Positions 25,974 through 27,883 of a stretch of DNA of 27,883 bases are shown here, piece after piece. The position numbers were made by a program, and so were the translations under genes. This DNA is from an uncultured archaeon (GTDB lineage: Archaea > Iainarchaeota > Iainarchaeia > Iainarchaeales > DTGL01). Location: NCBI GenBank assembly GCA_964551725.1, contig CAZKED010000017.1, forward strand, positions 1-27,883, given 5' to 3'. Numbering within the stretch: the stretch's first letter is position 1; each line of letters opens with the position of its first letter. A model generated the notes under the pieces. It saw only the letters and a program-made list of their open reading frames with translations. It was not told where the DNA came from and did no database searches.

Positions 25974-26076
25974 AAAAAATAAGAAATGCGTGTAAGGTGA
26001 GCAGACGCCAATTCATTGGGGTTTTAGAGAAACCTCGGGTTTTTAGTGTCAGGGTGAAAGGTCGCCGGAGCTCGCG
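25974..26076 (-). repeat. Displaced second copy of the 23S rRNA 3' end and trailer (att-like direct repeat)
   Basis: 25974-26052 matches 26860-26938 at 77 of 79 positions (59 bp contiguous identity). 26062-26076 matches 26952-26966 at 14 of 15. Confidence 0.95.
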
Positions 26077-26078
26077 TT

Positions 26079-26462
26079 TTATCTCGCGGCTATTTTTGCC
26101 AGTTCTTTTGCCTCTATTTTCACAAGCGGAACAATGAGCACGTTCTTTTCCACTTTTGGAACAATGTTCTTTCCTTTTTTTTCCATTTTTACTATTTGGA
26201 ATTTTTCCAGCAGTGAGAGGTCTCTCAGAACTGCGGAAAGTTTTCTTTTAGCGTGCCTGCTCAGTTCTGTTGCGTTTTTTGGTTTTTTTTTCTGAAGTAT
26301 TCTGACCAATTCAAGCCTTTTTTTAGTGAATAACTGGCTCATTTCCTTTTCATTCAAACTCAGGAGCAAGGCGTTGTCCGGATAAGCGTTCGGTTTTTCC
26401 CACACTTGCGCCAAATAGGCCTTGATGCTATTCCATCTCTCACCGTTTACCTTATATTCCAT
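26079..26462 (-). CDS. Winged-HTH putative antitoxin/regulator (HVO_A0114/TumA-like)
   Basis: 'LFTKKRLELVRIL..KKPKNATELS...KRKLSAVLRDLSLLE...IV...KGK...P' pattern. SD GGGGTGA at the end of the upstream gene, 5-nt gap. Confidence 0.85.
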   Translation of the reverse strand: MEYKVNGERWNSIKAYLAQVWEKPNAYPDNALLLSLNEKEMSQLFTKKRLELVRILQKKKPKNATELSRHAKRKLSAVLRDLSLLEKFQIVKMEKKGKNIVPKVEKNVLIVPLVKIEAKELAKIAAR

Positions 26463-26467
26463 TCAAT

Positions 26468-26788
26468 TCACCCCAGTTTCATTCTCTCCTCGTAATATTT
26501 TCTGTATCTCAAGTAATTGCCTTTTATTGAATCCAGATAGAATTCAAATATTTCTTTTAGTTCTTTTCCCATTTTTGGAATGGGAATCGGCTCTGGCGTA
26601 ATCCAGAACCTCTGTTCGTGCAGGAAGCCGTGCGCGGTATCAACGCGGTAGATTTGGAAAAAATCTTTCCCGATTTTTGCGCGGTAGTTGAGGGAGAAAG
26701 CCACAATGTGGTTTTTTTCCACCTTCAGCTTTATGTCCAGCACATCCGTGCTGCCCAAAGGAATTGTGTAATTCTTGAATTTTGGCAA
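26468..26788 (-). CDS. Putative toxin, DUF6516/TumE- or DUF7718-like (106 aa)
   Basis: 'IYRVDTAHGFLHEQ' matches the R-x-D-x-x-H-G-x-x-H signature from memory of these families. TTG start at 26788 is preceded by GGTG. The longer ORF start (26902) lies in the rRNA trailer. Confidence 0.75.
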   Translation of the reverse strand: MPKFKNYTIPLGSTDVLDIKLKVEKNHIVAFSLNYRAKIGKDFFQIYRVDTAHGFLHEQRFWITPEPIPIPKMGKELKEIFEFYLDSIKGNYLRYRKYYEERMKLG

Positions 26789-26799
26789 ACCCAACACCG

Positions 26800-26842
26800 A
26801 TACTATACATTTAATGTATAGTATTGTATTTAAATCTTTACG
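26800..26842 (-). promoter_or_regulatory. TA promoter with palindromic operator
   Basis: BRE/TATA CGTAAAGA-TTTAAATA (TATA 26827-26834) is followed by the perfect inverted repeat ATACTATACATT-T-AATGTATAGTAT (26800-26824) over the expected transcription start. Confidence 0.85.
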
Positions 26843-26859
26843 CAAAAAGCGGGGATAAG

Positions 26860-26966
26860 AAAAAATAAGAAATGTGTGAAAGGTGAGCAGACGCCAATTC
26901 ATTGGGGTTTTAGAGAAACCTCGGGTTTTTAGTGTCAGTCAGCTGAAGCGCTCGCCGAAGCTCGCG
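26860..26966 (-). repeat. rRNA-attached copy of the direct repeat (23S 3' terminus, trailer, U-rich tract)
   Basis: Partner of 25974-26076. Confidence 0.95.
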
Positions 26967-27883
26967 CCTTACACTTCTGACCTATCAAGCCGGTCTTCTA
27001 CCGACACCCTCGTCCCTAGCCAAACCTCCGAAGAGGAAAGGTTCGGGAACGGCTGTCTCTTTTCAGGGACCGCTTCGAGCTTAGATGCTTTCAGCTCTTA
27101 TCGGTTACAGCGTGGCTACCCAGCAATGCCTTGCCAGACAACTGGTAAACCAGTGGCTGCGACTCCATGTTCCTCTCGTACTGATGGAAACTTCCCCTCA
27201 GACAACCAACAACTCCAGCAGATAGTATCAAAACTGGCTCGCACCGTTCTCAACCCAACTAACGTAGGACTTTAATGAGTTAACACCTCCACCCTTGGCC
27301 GCTTATGCACGACCAGGATGTCCTGAGACGACGGCGAGGTCTCAAACCGCGGGGTCGATGTGGACTCTCACCCGCGACCAATCAATTACCCCCAGGGTAA
27401 GTTCACTATCAGACCAGGGCCCCTTTAAAGGGCACACTGGCGTTCACTAGACCATGCTTTCGCAACCGAGTTTCTTGCTGTGCGAAACCCGGTAAAGCCT
27501 GCTTTTACTCTTGTATTCCACGACGAATTTCTGGCTCGTCTGAGCAGACCTTTGGATACCCCTGATACCTTTTCAGGGGTGTACCATCCCAGTCCAACCA
27601 CCGGCCTAATGTTGTCCTTTTTCAAGTTAGCAATACAGTTTTCAAAGGATGGTGTTCCAATGTTGCCTCCATGTTTCCTAGCGAAAACACTTCTAAGGCT
27701 CCCATCTACTCTGTACTTTAAAAACTACATCACAGCATCAGGTTGTGGTAAACCTCCGTGGGGTCTTCTCTTCCCGCTGGAGTTCCGCGGCATATTCACC
27801 GCGCAGCGAGTTCATCAGGTCTAAGTTAGGGACAGTGGGAATCTCGTTACCTCATTGGTGCAAGCCGGCAATAAACCGGCAAG
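26912..27883 (-). rRNA. rrl: 23S rRNA, 3' portion (about E. coli 1942 to the 3' end; mature end approximate)
   Basis: Sarcin-ricin loop AGUACGAGAGGAAC (27169-27182), CUGAAAGCAUCUAAG, GAAGACCCC, P-loop, A-loop and PTC are recognisable and colinear with E. coli numbering. Confidence 0.98.

Larger units (their letters stand above)
25974..26966 (-). mobile_element. Putative integrated mini-cassette (886-bp unit) carrying a TA-like pair at the 23S rRNA 3' end
   Basis: Direct repeats with an 886-bp offset bracket exactly a promoter/operator and two genes. No integrase or transposase is present. Confidence 0.65.

Noticed and set aside
26789-26902. N-terminal 38 codons of the 144-aa ORF in the track
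   Set aside because: They run through the rRNA trailer, TATA box and operator. TTG 26788 with a GGTG SD is the more plausible start.
25974-26966. CRISPR array or integron interpretation of the direct repeat
   Set aside because: There are only two copies, they derive from rRNA and are 886 bp apart, and no cas gene or integron integrase is present.
26883-27824. ORFs overlapping the 23S gene, and a possible rRNA intron or homing endonuclease
   Set aside because: The rRNA is continuous and colinear with the reference structure. No insertion or LAGLIDADG motif is seen.

Overview
Archaeal chromosomal segment. TATA-box promoters, archaeal-type LeuRS/AlaRS, an A-type ATP synthase and a divergent archaeal 23S suggest a DPANN lineage, possibly Iainarchaeota/Diapherotrites-like (inference). 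From left to right: a partial membrane-protein gene, a PD-(D/E)xK-like protein, tRNA-Arg(TCT), a tiny lipoprotein, a 1296-aa Cys-rich surface protein, a membrane-anchored S16 protease, the complete ATP synthase operon (H-I-K-E-C-F-A-B-D), argS, a long RelA/SpoT homologue with a degenerate synthetase site, leuS, an HExxH protein, alaS, a small membrane protein, a compact RNase P RNA, a two-gene toxin-antitoxin-like cassette and the 3' ~1 kb of a 23S rRNA gene. The most striking observation is that the TA-like cassette, with its own TATA box and a 12-1-12 bp palindromic operator, forms an 886-bp unit bounded by direct repeats of the 23S 3' end and trailer (79 bp, 2 mismatches). It looks like an integrase-free mini-element inserted at the rRNA 3' end. 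Also notable are many substitutions in the peptidyl-transferase centre, polybasic protein tails, Kunitz-like repeats and a shared C-terminal P-x-L-P motif.
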